Origin: Chrysomallon squamiferum
Taxonomy: Eukaryota > Animalia > Mollusca
DNA: 64,000 nucleotides
Reading direction: 5' to 3'
Assembly: GCA_012295275.1 (NCBI GenBank)
Contig: CM022677.1
Coordinates: 11,408,001 to 11,472,000 of the forward strand
Positions within the stretch are counted from its first letter, which is position 1; each line of letters starts with the position of its first letter. Below are positions 44,690 to 57,073 of this stretch, piece after piece. The notes under the pieces were generated by a model. It ran no database searches. It saw nothing but the letters and a program-made list of their open reading frames with translations, and had not been told where the DNA came from. Position numbers and translations under genes: made by a program.

Positions 44690-45770
44690 GAGTGTCCAGC
44701 AATTCGGATCGTAACCAGTCGGTTCCGATGTTTCGTAGACATCCGCTCCTTGTTGTTTCTGGTATATGTCTCGTATTCGTCACCAGGTCTGTGTTGGTTG
44801 CGTCCTGTTTGTTTGTTCTGTTCTCGGCTGCTGTTGATTTTTCCTTGTTCTTTTTGACTGCGTCCATCTGGTCCAACAATTCCAAACTTATTTTTTTTTT
44901 TGCCAATGATATTTTTATTGATTTAAAAGATGCTGTAAACACCTGTAACTAAAAAAAATAAGAAATGAATGTAGCCCCCATTTCTGACAGTGGCCGCACT
45001 TGGGCAACTGCGGCCTCATTTCTGCCAGTGTATATTTGTAGCCATCAATGGTGATGGTTGTGTTCGTTAATTTGCTGTTAAATGTCAGTGTGGTCCAGTA
45101 ATTTGGCTTTTTCCACATTTCCACACCGACTAGTGATGAATTTGTTTGTTGTACGAGTTCTTTGTTGAACATTTCAAACAAATCTAGTTTGTTTGCATAG
45201 GGGTAATAAAAACCCAAATCTTTTGAAATGTATTTATATATTGTTGTATCTTTTGCTTTTGTTGTTTGTTTAGGTTGATGTTGTTGTTGTTTCGTAATTG
45301 GTAGTTGTTTTGGCTGCTGTTGTGTGAGCAGTGTTTTTCTGGGTTGTGGTGTGGGTGTTTTTTTCTGTGTCTGTTTTGTGTCAGGGATTATTTTTGGTAA
45401 AACCCTGACAACAAATGTTTCGTCCCAGATGGTAATGTTGGGACCGATTGTTTTAAGTGAGTTTGTATCTACTTCGAAGTATATTTCTTTTCCGTTTTGA
45501 TTATTGTTCACTTTTGTTGTTTTATCATTAATGTGTATTTGCGCTTCTAGTAAGTAGCGCAACTTTTTGTTGATGTTTGAGTGTTTTTTGGTGGGTATTG
45601 CAATGGTGGTTCGGCTGTGGGTATGTTTTTTTTTCTTTTAATTATTTTCCAAGCGTTTTGTTCGCTTTCGTCTTCCGTACATTTTCATATTTTTTGTTGC
45701 CATGTTTGTTGTGTAAATGTATGGGTTGTTGTTGTTTTGTTGTTATTGTCTTGTTTTGTTTTTTGAAAAA
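44690..45770 (-). mobile_element. Internally deleted non-LTR retrotransposon: gag-like ORF1 fragment joined to the 3' UTR
   Basis: ORF 44915-45562 ends in ..ITIDGYKYTLAEMRPQLPKCGHCQKWG (start of a zinc knuckle, typical I-group ORF1 context). 44717-44836 aligns with the 3' UTR of the LINE at 53800-53920. Confidence 0.6.
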
Positions 45771-45935
45771 TACTTCGATTTTAAAAATATACTTGGATTT
45801 TTAAATATATAGATAATTCTATATTAATTCAAAAAAAGACTAAAGCTAACGCAACTCACTTTCAGATCGAGATAAAGATAAGATATATCGGTTATTTAAG
45901 ATACCGGAAAGTTAAAGACAAAACACGAACAACCA

Positions 45936-45970
<35 letters not shown>

Positions 45971-48063
45971 TAAAAGTAACAATAATACAAAAGCCTACAA
46001 ATAATATAAATAAGAATTTCAGTCTAAATAAATAAAGAAAATGGTACAGTATCTTTTTCGTTTCTGAATTCCGCTCAGTAAGCACAATCCGTCCGTTAGT
46101 ATTCTTCACAGCTTCTCTTCCGGGCTTGCACCATGTCGACCATCACGGTGGAGAGTCTGTTGTGAGATATTCGATCTCGTTCAAAACGCGTGCCGCTACT
46201 TATACACCAATAGCTACAGCTCTGCAGATAGCCTTTCTGAATTTACTTTGAAGCTTTTAATACAAATTTTCAGTTACTTAAAACCCATTGTTTCTTAGTT
46301 TATTAAATAACGGAACTTCCCCTAATTATATAAAACAGCTTCTTAATAGCCCATGTACATCTGCATACGCTCTGCTATTTAGTTTTTGTGTATTTAACCC
46401 TATTTTCTGTCATTAATTACGTAAAGAGTTAAGGACTGTAAAAATATAAATTATAAAGATGATTATACAAGACAGCTAAATAAATATTATCGTAATATAA
46501 TAATATAAATGTAGCAGACATTCTGCTTTAATGGGCATACAAAAATAAAGATTTAGTGAATATTGTATAATTCACTACAAAGAAAACAAAATTACAACTA
46601 AAAAGTCTCGCAAAGAGGCACTAATGAGGTTGTCACACCGTACCAAGCTGAATAGCAGTGAAAGTTTTTTTATTTTCGTTTTTTTTTAAATAAAGCTACA
46701 TAGAAAATACAATCTTTACTGATGAAATACGATACGAAATAAAAACTGGTTTGCTTTATGACTACAGATATGAAACTGGCTGATGGTATAAATCGGGTAA
46801 TTTTACAATGCGTATTAATTAGAGTATGTTTAAATACTGCTGTTCACAAATGTGTTATGATGGTTCACTGTGGAGTGTTATAAAGAGACGACTGTCACGA
46901 GGCTCACACCTTTAAGCACCTTGGATGTTTTATTAAGGCTCAGTGTACGGTAACAAGGTGCTTTAATGGCCACCTAACAAGGAGTATAAACACTAAAATC
47001 ACAGCAAACTATATAAATCAGTAAGTCTACCTATCCACTATACAAGTTAAGGTTTACATTACAGGTGACTTGATAATAATACATTATAAAACATACGTTT
47101 AAATCATTTTGATTAATGATACGACTAAGGTTATAAAGGGAACCAAGACAAAATAAGAATCTGCACGGAGGACATTAAAACCTACAATAAATGTTATTGA
47201 CACAGGTTAATTGCACATTACACCCTATCAAAATAAGAATAGACAATTGTTTACCATACTCGTCCGTAAAGAAAATGTCATTCGAAAACATTTGGTTTCC
47301 CCGCCTAACTGAATTCTCGTCTTCACCGTTTCCTTCGCTTACTTCTCTCCTTAATTACTAAAAGCCAGCCTTTTTTTAATAACAACGCCATGGAGTTGAA
47401 AAATTTGCGTAAACAATAAAAAGAGCGATGTGATTGTAGTAATAATTAAAGTTAAACAATTTCAATTCCATAGCTTAAAATAAAAGAGCGGATGTGATTT
47501 GAAGTAACAATTAAAGTTAAGCAATCTGAATTCCGTGACACTATATCAACATTATGACAGAAATTTGGTAGTAAATAACTAACTGTTAGTATATACAGTT
47601 ACTAATAAGACTGCAAACAGAGTGGGAAAAAACACCCAGATACTGTTTCGTTTAATTTTGACAATTGTTTTCTTTCTTTTTTTAAACTACGCAGGATTTG
47701 ATGACATTCTACACAGACAACCCAGCACATAAATAATTTTTATTATTAATAACCATCTACTTTCTCTCTTCAAGAAATTAAATTTTAATAATATCTTCCT
47801 GTAAAATGATGTCATTCCAGATTTTTTGTTTTTTCAATTTGTTCCTTATTATTATTTATTATCTTTGTTGTTGTTTGTTCCATTTAACTCGTTTCGACAA
47901 TCCATTTGGTGTCCAAAAGTTGTTACAAAATATTGATAAAGTCTCAAGAAAAAAAAAAAACAAGGAAGCTCAAATCTGCGACGAGGGCATTTTACATAAC
48001 CAATAAACTAATGTTTCCAAATCGTATGTAATTTTTACAGACATACAGACAAACAGTGAAATA

Positions 48064-48933
48064 CCGTATATACTTGTGTATTAGTCGAATTTTTGGGAGA
48101 CTATATTAAGGTAATATTTTGGGGGTCGACTTATACATAGGTAATGCTTTTGTAGCTGTTGCTGAAGAGTCGCCATTTTGACTATTTTTTGCTACGGGAT
48201 GCATCTAAAATAATCGCGGTCTTTCAGCTTTTCAAAAATATAATTTTATCGCATAAAAATTTTTGAAACATTAAATAACAAAACCAAATATGAATGTAAA
48301 ACATGATATTCTTCCGTTTAATGACATAAAAATACATTTTAAAGCGAGAAAACCGTCAGTACGGCGTTATGCCATACGGCGTCTTGCAATGATCTAGGAA
48401 TGCAGACTTCTCTGCCAAATTGCACTAAATATCGGTCCTAATTTCATAAACAAAACTCACTTGTGTAACTGTAAAGAATTTGGTGAAATAATATTGCAAT
48501 CGTCATTAATATCCACTACCGACAAATCGAAAACAAACTAAATTTCTATAAACGTTCTGCAACAAAAATCAGTTCAACTTCTCGCCATATTTGTTATTCT
48601 AGTCGGTTGCCAAGTGCGCGAAGCCTCGGCCAATTAGCGCGCTAGGAATAGGATCGGGGGCGTGTCTTGTAGCAGAGTTTCGATAGAAAAAAATATTGCT
48701 GAGGTTCCGAAATTATCTTACTTTGAATTGCACGTGCAAGTTACAGCTCGTGCAAGTTATGTTACAGTAGGCGTACAATGTAGGCCTTCGTGGCACTGTC
48801 ACACTGGTCTAAAAATAGTGCCTGGAATCTACAGTCGACATATACACAAGTAATACCTATAATGACGCAATTTTTGGTCTTAAAATACACATCGACTTAT
48901 ACATAAGGTCGTCTTGTACGCAAGTATATACGG
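48064..48933. mobile_element. Tc1/mariner-superfamily MITE (870 bp)
   Basis: TA duplications (48062-63, 48934-35); ~25 bp TIRs CCGTATATACTTGTGTATTAGTCGA / CCGTATATACTTGCGTACAAGACGA; subterminal TCGACTTATAC repeats; no transposase. Confidence 0.9.
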
Positions 48934-48936
48934 TAC

Positions 48937-49917
48937 CTAAATGGAGAAGTTCTGATATCATGACAACATCATGTGTATATCGTCTGGTGAGCTGCGAGAG
49001 AATTACAACTTTTGTGTTTTCCAGATCTGGTATCAAATGAACTGGGATCAGCTCTACTCATCTTAATATGTGCCAAATAAATAAATAAAGAAAAGAAATA
49101 AATATGTAACAAAATGAATACAAGAAAATGAAATTTAAAAGAAAAATTGTATGACTCTACTTTACAAGAGTATTTATAAATAATGTCAGTTTTGTGATAA
49201 AATGTATAGAAACATTTCTATATAATATATTATCAATAGGACTGCAAATAAATATGTATTTTTTATGTACTGTACGTTTCGAAAACGGCATATTGTGGGT
49301 CCTCAGTCTTTTGTGAGACTTTGCATCAAACGAAAACAGAAATTGGTTTATCAATAACTATATTTTTATACGATAATGTTTTCTATCTGTAAGCATTATT
49401 AGTCTATGCTAATTTAAAAAAGAAGTGTTTATGCTCATTTTTACATGCATGCTATTTCTCACCTCAATGGAAATGCTTCATCGCTTTTTCCGGGTGGACC
49501 ATAACCGCTTAATCCCGAAATATTCCGAGCATAGCCAAATTTATTTACGATGTCTTCCGAAAGTTGGCTAGAAAGATTAGCGGTTACTTTATAACAACAA
49601 GGAGGACAGTTGCAATTATCAGTATCTGCAAAGCCTTCTCCTGTGGGATTTAAATAGAACACAAAGTTATTTAAGTCAGAAATACCATGGGGCGTGCTCA
49701 GAAAAAGTGTATCGGGCGATAAAGACAGAATCGTCTGATCGACAGTTTTGCAGGTTTCGTGAATTTTCCACGCTTCTTGTTTTGCTGTGTGGTTGGTTGT
49801 ATTGAAATGTTTCGGATCCAGAGCAATTCCGCCGTGCGGCAGAACGAACCCGGCCAGTAGTTTGGAGAAAGATAAATCAAGTGATGTGAAAAACACAATC
49901 ACAATTGGAAAAGACAT
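48937..49917 (-). pseudogene. Exons 1-2 of a LigB/class III extradiol dioxygenase-like protein with a signal peptide (exon 1 49917-49463, exon 2 49061-48937)
   Basis: Motifs VLPHGG and LFLSTPHG; exon 1 donor AG|GTGAG; exon 2 reads R*VELIPVHLIPDLENTKVVILSQLTRRYTHDVVMISELLHLG with an in-frame TGA at 49060-49058 where Trp is expected. Confidence 0.8.
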
Positions 49918-49958
49918 CTCGACATACTATTTCGTTCTTAAATCATATGACTCTAGAG

Positions 49959-51509
49959 CAGTGGTTCCCAACCATTTTAGTACCATGCCCCACTTTTTTA
50001 TCACAAATTTCTTCATGTCCCCCACCCGTTAATTGTTTAGTATGATATAACAATATCAGTTAATTGTTTAGTATGATATAACAATATCAGTTAATTGTTT
50101 AGTATGATATAACAATATCAGTTAATTGTTTAGTATGATACAACAATATCAGTTTTGAAGAAGTATAACATAAAAAATTGTATCTTTCAAATAAAACTAA
50201 AGTGTTTAACTTCAAATTTAATCGAATAAAATCCATTTTATAATGTACATAACATATCTACCATCAGATTAAATAAATTCAATTACAATCAATTAATGAG
50301 ACACTTGAGCCTGATGTCTACTGGAAAGAGATTTTATCCGAGGCAGAAATTTTGTTAATTTCAATCTCAAGTCGCCTCGTTTAGTCATATCCACTCGGTT
50401 TCTTTTCCTCAGTAATAAGTCGTTCACAGCACTAAATCCACATTCCACTAAGTATGACGATGGGAATGGTAACAGTAGTTTTCTTGCCAAACTACTTGTA
50501 TTTGGATATTTAGCTTGTGTTTCTTCACAGAGCCACATCATTGTTCCTTTTATTTTGAACAGGGCTTTAATCGAGTCATCATTTTGTAATTCTGAAAGTT
50601 CTCCTTGATAATCCATGGTTAATCTGACAGATCCACTAGCAATGGCTGAGTCATCCAAGATGGATAATTAATTTCTTTCAAATCAGAAAATCTGAAGTTG
50701 AAATTGCTTACCATTATTTTTAAGTGCTCCACAATAACAAGACAAGTAGCAAATATATCTGCTAAATAACTGACAAGTGCTTTACCATCAACTGTCAGTA
50801 GCAGAGTCATATAAGGTTTGTCATCCAAGAACTCACTAAGAATAGCAAATAATTCCATGAATCTTTTCAGGCAATTCCACTTTGATAACCACCTTACATC
50901 AATATGAAGTAATAATCTTACATACTCTGCATTTTGATCCTTGCAAAATTGTTTGAAAAGACGCTCACATTTGGCATTAGCTTTTATAGTGTTGATGCAT
51001 TTTATAACTGCATTCAATGTCTCCTTTAAAATAGAGGAAACCTTTGGAAACTAAATTCTGTCTATGAATAATACAATGCACTAACAACATTTGGGGATTG
51101 TCATCTTTCAATAATTTTAAAACTCCATTTTTCTTGCCCATCATTACTGGAGCACCGTCTGCAGCACAAGATATACAGTTTTCCATTGGTATCTGCTTAT
51201 CATCTAAATATGTTTTTAATTTCTTATATGTATCAATTGCAATAGTGGTGGTTTCTAATGCTTCGCAAAATAGCATATCCTCAATAAATTCATGCACGAT
51301 AAAATTAGTGGGTGAACACTTGACTAGATTACACAAGCTGTTGTGCTCAGCTAGGTTGTAATTACAATTTTACCCTATAAATTTATAATTTTTAGCCATA
51401 TAGGGTAAAATAAACAAAAATGTTGATATTACTATATTTTTCATATTGCCCCCATATTATTATTGAATTGCCCCCCAATGGGGCGTAGGCCCCACGTTGG
51501 GAATCACTG
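49959..51509 (-). mobile_element. hAT (Buster/Charlie-type) DNA transposon, internally deleted, 1551 bp
   Basis: 8-bp TSD CTCTAGAG (49951-58, 51510-17); 14-bp TIRs CAGTGGTTCCCAAC / CAGTGATTCCCAAC; frameshifted transposase 50293-51336 with DGAPVMMG, HCIIHR, VRWLS, FPSSYLVECGFS motifs. Confidence 0.96.
50028..50153. repeat. 31-bp tandem repeat x4 inside the hAT element
   Basis: GTTAATTGTTTAGTATGATATAACAATATCA repeated head-to-tail. Confidence 0.95.
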
Positions 51510-51757
51510 CTCTAGAGTTACCTGCCCTTCTGGGTTTTTCCTTAAAGAGCAAAATACATCTGAAGGAAATAGTATTTCATTTGTATAATGATAATCGATA
51601 GGAATTAAAAATCTATATTATCGCCTTGTTAATTTATAAGAATTGGTCTTCTGAATTGTCCCAATAGTTAATTTTTTGTTCATGATATTTTTGTTTTTTC
51701 TTCCTTTATGTATTTGTTTGTCATTGTCATTGTCATCATCATCAGCAGCAGCAGTTG

Positions 51758-52582
51758 CAGCATCATTATTACCATTATGTTCTTGTTATTTTTATGGGCA
51801 AAGGGCGTGTACATGAAACGTTAAGCGATGCATCACAGTAGTTTGTATCAATACATTGTTTTAGAAAAACGTTCTTTAAAACAGATTTATAGAAGACTAC
51901 ATGGTTGCTTTGGAGTAACATCAAAGTTTATTATTATCATCATCATCATTATTATTATTATTATGATCATCATGATCATCATCATTGATATTATCATCAT
52001 TATTAAAAGGTGAATTGTAAGTGAGAAAATCTGAGGTAATAATGGCGTATTACTTTAGCTCCTTTTCAGCGGCCGCGCCTCACATTTTTCTTTCGTAATT
52101 CAGCATCATCGAAGCTGTAATAACATGTTGTAGATAACGCTGCATCCGAAACACTGCGTTACCTGTAAGTGTGATAGGCCTGCATCAAAGCTGAACAGGC
52201 CTACACGTCTACAGACACAGTCAGTGACGAAATCAAAGGCAAGTTGTGTTAAAAGAAATATACAAGTACAGAAGTGTGATCACTGCACATGTAAAATGGA
52301 GCTCTCAAGTCTGTAGCGAAAAAAACAACAATGGCTGTACAGCTAAATACCCATTGTTGCTGCAGCATCATTATTACAATTATTTTCTTGTTATTTTTAT
52401 GGGCAAAGGGCGTGTACATGAAACGTTAAGCGATGCATGACTGTAGTTTGTATCAATACACTGTGTTAGAAAAACGTTCTTTAACACAGATTTATAGAAG
52501 ACTACATGGTTGCTTTGGAGTAACATCAAAGTTTATTATTACCATCATCATCATCATTATTATTATTATTATCATCATTATT
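51758..52582 (+). repeat. ~210 bp direct repeat (51758-51965 and 52363-52582)
   Basis: CAGCATCATTATTAC..GGGCAAAGGGCGTGTACATGAAACG..GGAGTAACATCAAAGTTTATT occurs twice. Confidence 0.9.
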
Positions 52583-52588
52583 ACATAC

Positions 52589-53184
52589 CATGTAACATGA
52601 CTAGACCCGTGTAACCACACGACAGCGCGCGATCGACTAGTCCAGCCGCTCTGTTCAACAGCAACATGCCGTCCAGAGTCGCTGCCCACTCACCAACAGC
52701 CTGAAATAATCAAATAATGAGAACCATCGTGACAACTGTATTAACGAAACAAAAACAAACTGTGATCAGTTATGTACTAATCACACAAGTCTTTCAACAC
52801 TGAAGACAAAACAGTTACAGCATGTTCTTTCCTACCCATAACATTAAACATAAATAGTTTTAGAAATTCTTCCAAACGTCAGTCACATTCATTAATTCAA
52901 ACAAATAAATAAGTCTATTTAACACCTATTAATCATCAATATAAAAATCTGCTCAGGTCCTATTACAAAACACATCTGCTTTGATACAGTTGTTCTGGTA
53001 AAATGTTAAAGTGTTTTTAAAAGGTTCAAGCACGACTGACTGGTTGTACTTACATGGTCGAATGGCTCTGATGCGTTGGAGTAGCCGTGTGGGTCAGTGC
53101 TGAGATGCGTGTGTGCGAGGTCAGCGCTGTTGATGACAACAACACGCTCTGGCGCGTCTTCCAAATACCTGTATAAATCAGCAC
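52589..53184 (-). pseudogene. Exons 3-4 of the LigB-like gene (exon 3 53184-53054, exon 4 52700-52589)
   Basis: Canonical splice sites; GADLYRYLEDAPERVVVINSADLAHTHLSTDPHGYSNASEPFDH and AVGEWAATLDGMLLLNRAAGLVDRALSCGYTGLVMLHG. SADLAH is the LigB-family S.DL.H motif. Phases fit the end of exon 2. Confidence 0.8.
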
Positions 53185-53774
53185 CTGAAATTGATACACA
53201 GACAGGTAAAAGTTTAATTAATGAAGCAAATACCAACTTGTTATTTAGGCAGTTTGCTGTGTGACGTGTTAACGTAAGCTGAATTCAAAGATAATGGCAA
53301 CAGTTCAAAATTAGACATTTGTGAAACTCAAAATGTACAACTTTCGTCAAATTGAAACATTTTACATAATATTACAAACGTTCATTTATGTTGTGATTTG
53401 TTCTTTTTTAGTCTTAATTACAGTCCATCCTCTTTATAAAATTGACAGAAACTCTCAGTTAATTTTGGCATTACAAGGAGTTGGGTGATAAGATTTCTGA
53501 GATGCTAACTTAAAGGAATTTAGGTAGTGCCATATGTCATGTGACTAGTCTGAGTGGTATTAGTACCTGAAAGGGCAGCAGACTATAATAACATCACGTG
53601 ACAAGGTGTTAATTATCTCAGACAGCTTAACTATTAAATGACTATTCTGTATGCACAAGAGAACAATGACAGAAACACGAATTCAGTATGGATAATTGTT
53701 TTATATAATATATATATATATATATATATATCCTGTTTACACAAATTAGCCTTCAAGGGTAATATATAGCTATT

Positions 53775-54595
53775 TTGTTAAATCGAACGATTCGTGACGA
53801 GTCGGTACCGATGTTTCGCAGCCGCAATTCGCCCCCTGTGGTCTCCGGCACAATCTCTCAGCCATCACCGGGTCTGTGTTGTTTGCCGTCCTGGTTGTTC
53901 TGCTCTTCGCTGCTGTTGTTGTTTCTTTTTCTGTTTAAAAAAAAAAGTTTAAAGTTTGTGTTTTGTGTTGAGAATGTAATTTGTTACTGCAGCGAGGACT
54001 AACTGTCTGTCTTTCATGTTTGGTGCCAGGATGTGTTGGATCGTGAATTCGATTTTTAGTTCCTCCAATGTATCGCCTAGTACTTGTCTTTCCTTGGCAA
54101 AATTTGGACAGTGAAACAAGTAGTGTTTCATGTTTTCTGAGAGTCCACAACTGCTGTTGGGTGATGTGGTGATGTTATGTTTGTATCGAATTGCGTTTAG
54201 ATTGGTTGAGTAACCAATTCTGGCTTTGGTGAGATTGTTGTTGTGTAGTTTGTTGGCGAGTGTGATTTTGGGTGTTTTGGCGAATGGTTTTATGTTTAAG
54301 TGCCATTTGTTTTTGGTGTTGTTCCATTCGTTTTGCCATTGTTTGTCTTAATGTTTGGCAGCGATGGAGACAATTTCGTTTATTCCGTAATGTATGTCAG
54401 TGCAGATGTCTTCGTCTTTAATGCTGAGTGACTCTTTGAAGTAGTGGTCGCCAAGTTGGATACCGATGATGCCGACGTGTGCTGGCAGCCTCTACATGGT
54501 TAATTCTTTCTTGTTGTGTTGTATGTCCTCGTGTAGTTGTTGTATTTTGCTGAGCAGGTCTGGTCTGCTGGAACTTCCGGATTGTATTGAGATCA
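53775..54595 (-). mobile_element. 5'-truncated non-LTR retrotransposon with RNase H (I-group-like), decayed
   Basis: Minus-strand translation gives an RNase H motif (LPAHVGIIG..GD), then RIGYSTNLNAIRYKHNITTSPNSSCGLSENMKHYLFHCPNF (C-terminal zinc knuckle), then a 3' UTR. Confidence 0.8.
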
Positions 54596-54625
54596 CGGAA
54601 CTTTATTGTTGTTATTTACTTACCT

Positions 54626-54761
54626 GTTCGCCCCGCTCAGCACGCACTCGGCTCGGCGTACGGGAGGAAGGGAAATACCTTCGGGTTTGATCAGTCAGGA
54701 GTTGTTGTTATCGTTATTGTTATTGTTGTTGTTATTGTTATTGTTGTTGTTGTTGTTGTTG

Positions 54762-54817
<56 letters not shown>

Positions 54818-55395
54818 TTTGTTGAATTTTATTTATTTTATTTTGTTTTATTATTTTATTTTTTACTATTTCTTTTTGTCATGTTTTCCTTTTATTTTTT
54901 TTATTTTATTTTATTTTATTTTATTTTATTTATTTTTTTATTTGTTTGTTTGTTTATTTATTCTTTTTTTTTATTTTTTTATGTGTTTATTTTCTTTGTG
55001 AGTGTGTGTGTGTGTATCTATTTGTGTGTGTGTGTGTGTTTGTGTGTGTGTGCACTTCTTAAGGTTCATCTCACCGTTGCCTTGGGAACCGTGTGTTTAT
55101 GTTCGTACGACCGTGTGTGCGTAAGTATGTATGTATGTATGTATGTATTGTATTGTGTGTGTGTGTGTGTGCGTGTGTGTGTGTGTGTGCGCGCGTGCGT
55201 GCGTCGGTTTGAAAAAGGTGTCTTCCAATGTGAAACTGAATTGCCACATCACGACGGCGCGATTATTAATGCATTTCAATTTCAATGTTTGCTTTTTTTT
55301 TTTTTTTTTTAGTCATTTATAAAATAAGCAAGTAAATAAACAAATAAATAAACAAACAAACAAACAAAAACTATTAATAATAATAATAAGTATGA

Positions 55396-55452
<57 letters not shown>

Positions 55453-56020
55453 TAATAATAATACTGATGATGATAATGATACTAAAAACAACAGCAACAA
55501 TAACAACAACAACAACAACAACAACAACAATAATAATTGACAGTGGACGGATGAAACCCGGCGGCTCTTTTCCTATTTATTTATTTATTTTTTCAAATTA
55601 TTTTTTCCTTAATAATTATTTCTTTCTACTCTTTCTTTCTTTCTTTATTTCTTTCTTTATTTATTTATTGTTTTTTTTTTATTATTATTATTACTTTATT
55701 TTTTTTTTGGTTTATTTATTTATTTATTGTTTTTTTTTTTTTTTTTTTTTTTTTTTCTGCTGTCTTTAAGGTGATATTGACATCGGTAGTGAGTTCCGAG
55801 ACCCACTTTTCAAAATATTGTTATACTTTATTACTAGGAAAGGCTGGTACCATTGATCCTGGAATGTATAAATTACACTGGGTCCATTATAGAGCATCAC
55901 CTATATTTTTATTAAGTTCAACTTTTATAAGTAAAATCTTTTTCTTTGAGCTTAATTCTCACATTGCTTATTTACAGAATTTTCATCATTTATCCCAAAT
56001 AGTGACTAATGAACTTAAAA

Positions 56021-56056
<36 letters not shown>

Positions 56057-56553
56057 TAATAATAATAATAATTAAAACAACAACAACAACAGTAATAATA
56101 ATAGGCAGTGGATGGATGAAGCCCGACGGCTTTTTTCTTTTTCTCTCGTCCGCCGAGTGGAGTGCAGTCGACCCGACCCGACCTGACCCGACCCGACCTT
56201 ACCCGAGTGAAGCCGAACGGAGCTGAGCTGAGATCGGTTCCCATCGCAACAGTGAGATGAACGTTAGAAAACTGGGTCTCGGTACTCGCTACCGATGTCA
56301 ATTTCGCCTTAAACACTGCACAAAAATTAAGAATAAAAAAAAAAAAAAAAAAAAAAAATTAAAATTATTGACAGTGACACTTTACAGTCCATCACCACGA
56401 AAGACGAAATGCTGTTCACAACAACAACAACAACAAGCAGCAGCACCACCACCACCACCACCAACAACAACAACAGCAGTAATGCTAATTTCGTGCAAAA
56501 TGACTCGTGAACACAGGATAAGTTCGAAACCTTTCTATTATTATCATTACCGG

Positions 56554-56644
<91 letters not shown>

Positions 56645-56950
56645 GTACAGTACCGTAGATGCACAGACACACACACACCACGCATGGCGCTTTCTTTCTT
56701 TCTTTCTTTCTTTGAGTAGAAGAAGAAGAACAAGAAGATCGAATACTGCCAGCGCTTTATTTTTCTTTTTGTATTTCTTTATTTTTCTTTTCTTTTCATT
56801 TCTTTTTTATTTTTTTTTTTATTTTTTTTAAATTCTTTTTCGTTGTTTTTTTTTTTTTTTTTTTTTTTTTTTCTCATTTTTTTTTTATTTTTTTTTTTGT
56901 CATGTTTTTATTTTAAGTTTTACATATTTTTTTTTATTTTCTTTTTTTTT

Positions 56951-56995
<45 letters not shown>

Positions 56996-57073
56996 CATTG
57001 CCATCGTCATCGTTATTTAGCGCACGCAATAAGAACAACAAAGATAAATAGACCTCGGTTCGTTAAAGCGATC
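54626..57073. repeat. Mosaic of 5S rDNA spacer-related blocks and microsatellites in both orientations
   Basis: Blocks shared with the spacer 62584-63042 (ATTGACATCGGTAGCGAGT; CGGTTYGAAAAAGG..ATCACGACGGCGCGAT; GCGCACGCAATAAGAA..GATAAATAGAC) plus internal inverted copies. Confidence 0.75.
57044..57050 (+). promoter_or_regulatory. TATA-like element at -30 to -24 of the 5S gene
   Basis: ATAAATA at the expected upstream position; conserved in the next spacer copy (63022-63028). Confidence 0.5.

Noticed and set aside
49058-49060. In-frame TGA as selenocysteine
   Set aside because: The position corresponds to an expected Trp, not Cys; no SECIS seen; the gene has other lesions.
50028-50153. CRISPR-like 31-bp repeats
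   Set aside because: Head-to-tail with no spacers, inside a eukaryotic hAT element.
52067-52162. Candidate fifth exon of the LigB-like gene
   Set aside because: There is an acceptor-like site, but no frame resembles the expected C-terminus.
54618-54697. U1 snRNA (ACTTACCTG) or spliced-leader RNA linked to 5S
   Set aside because: Only 9 nt match U1; the rest aligns to spacer block C, whose other copies lack the motif.
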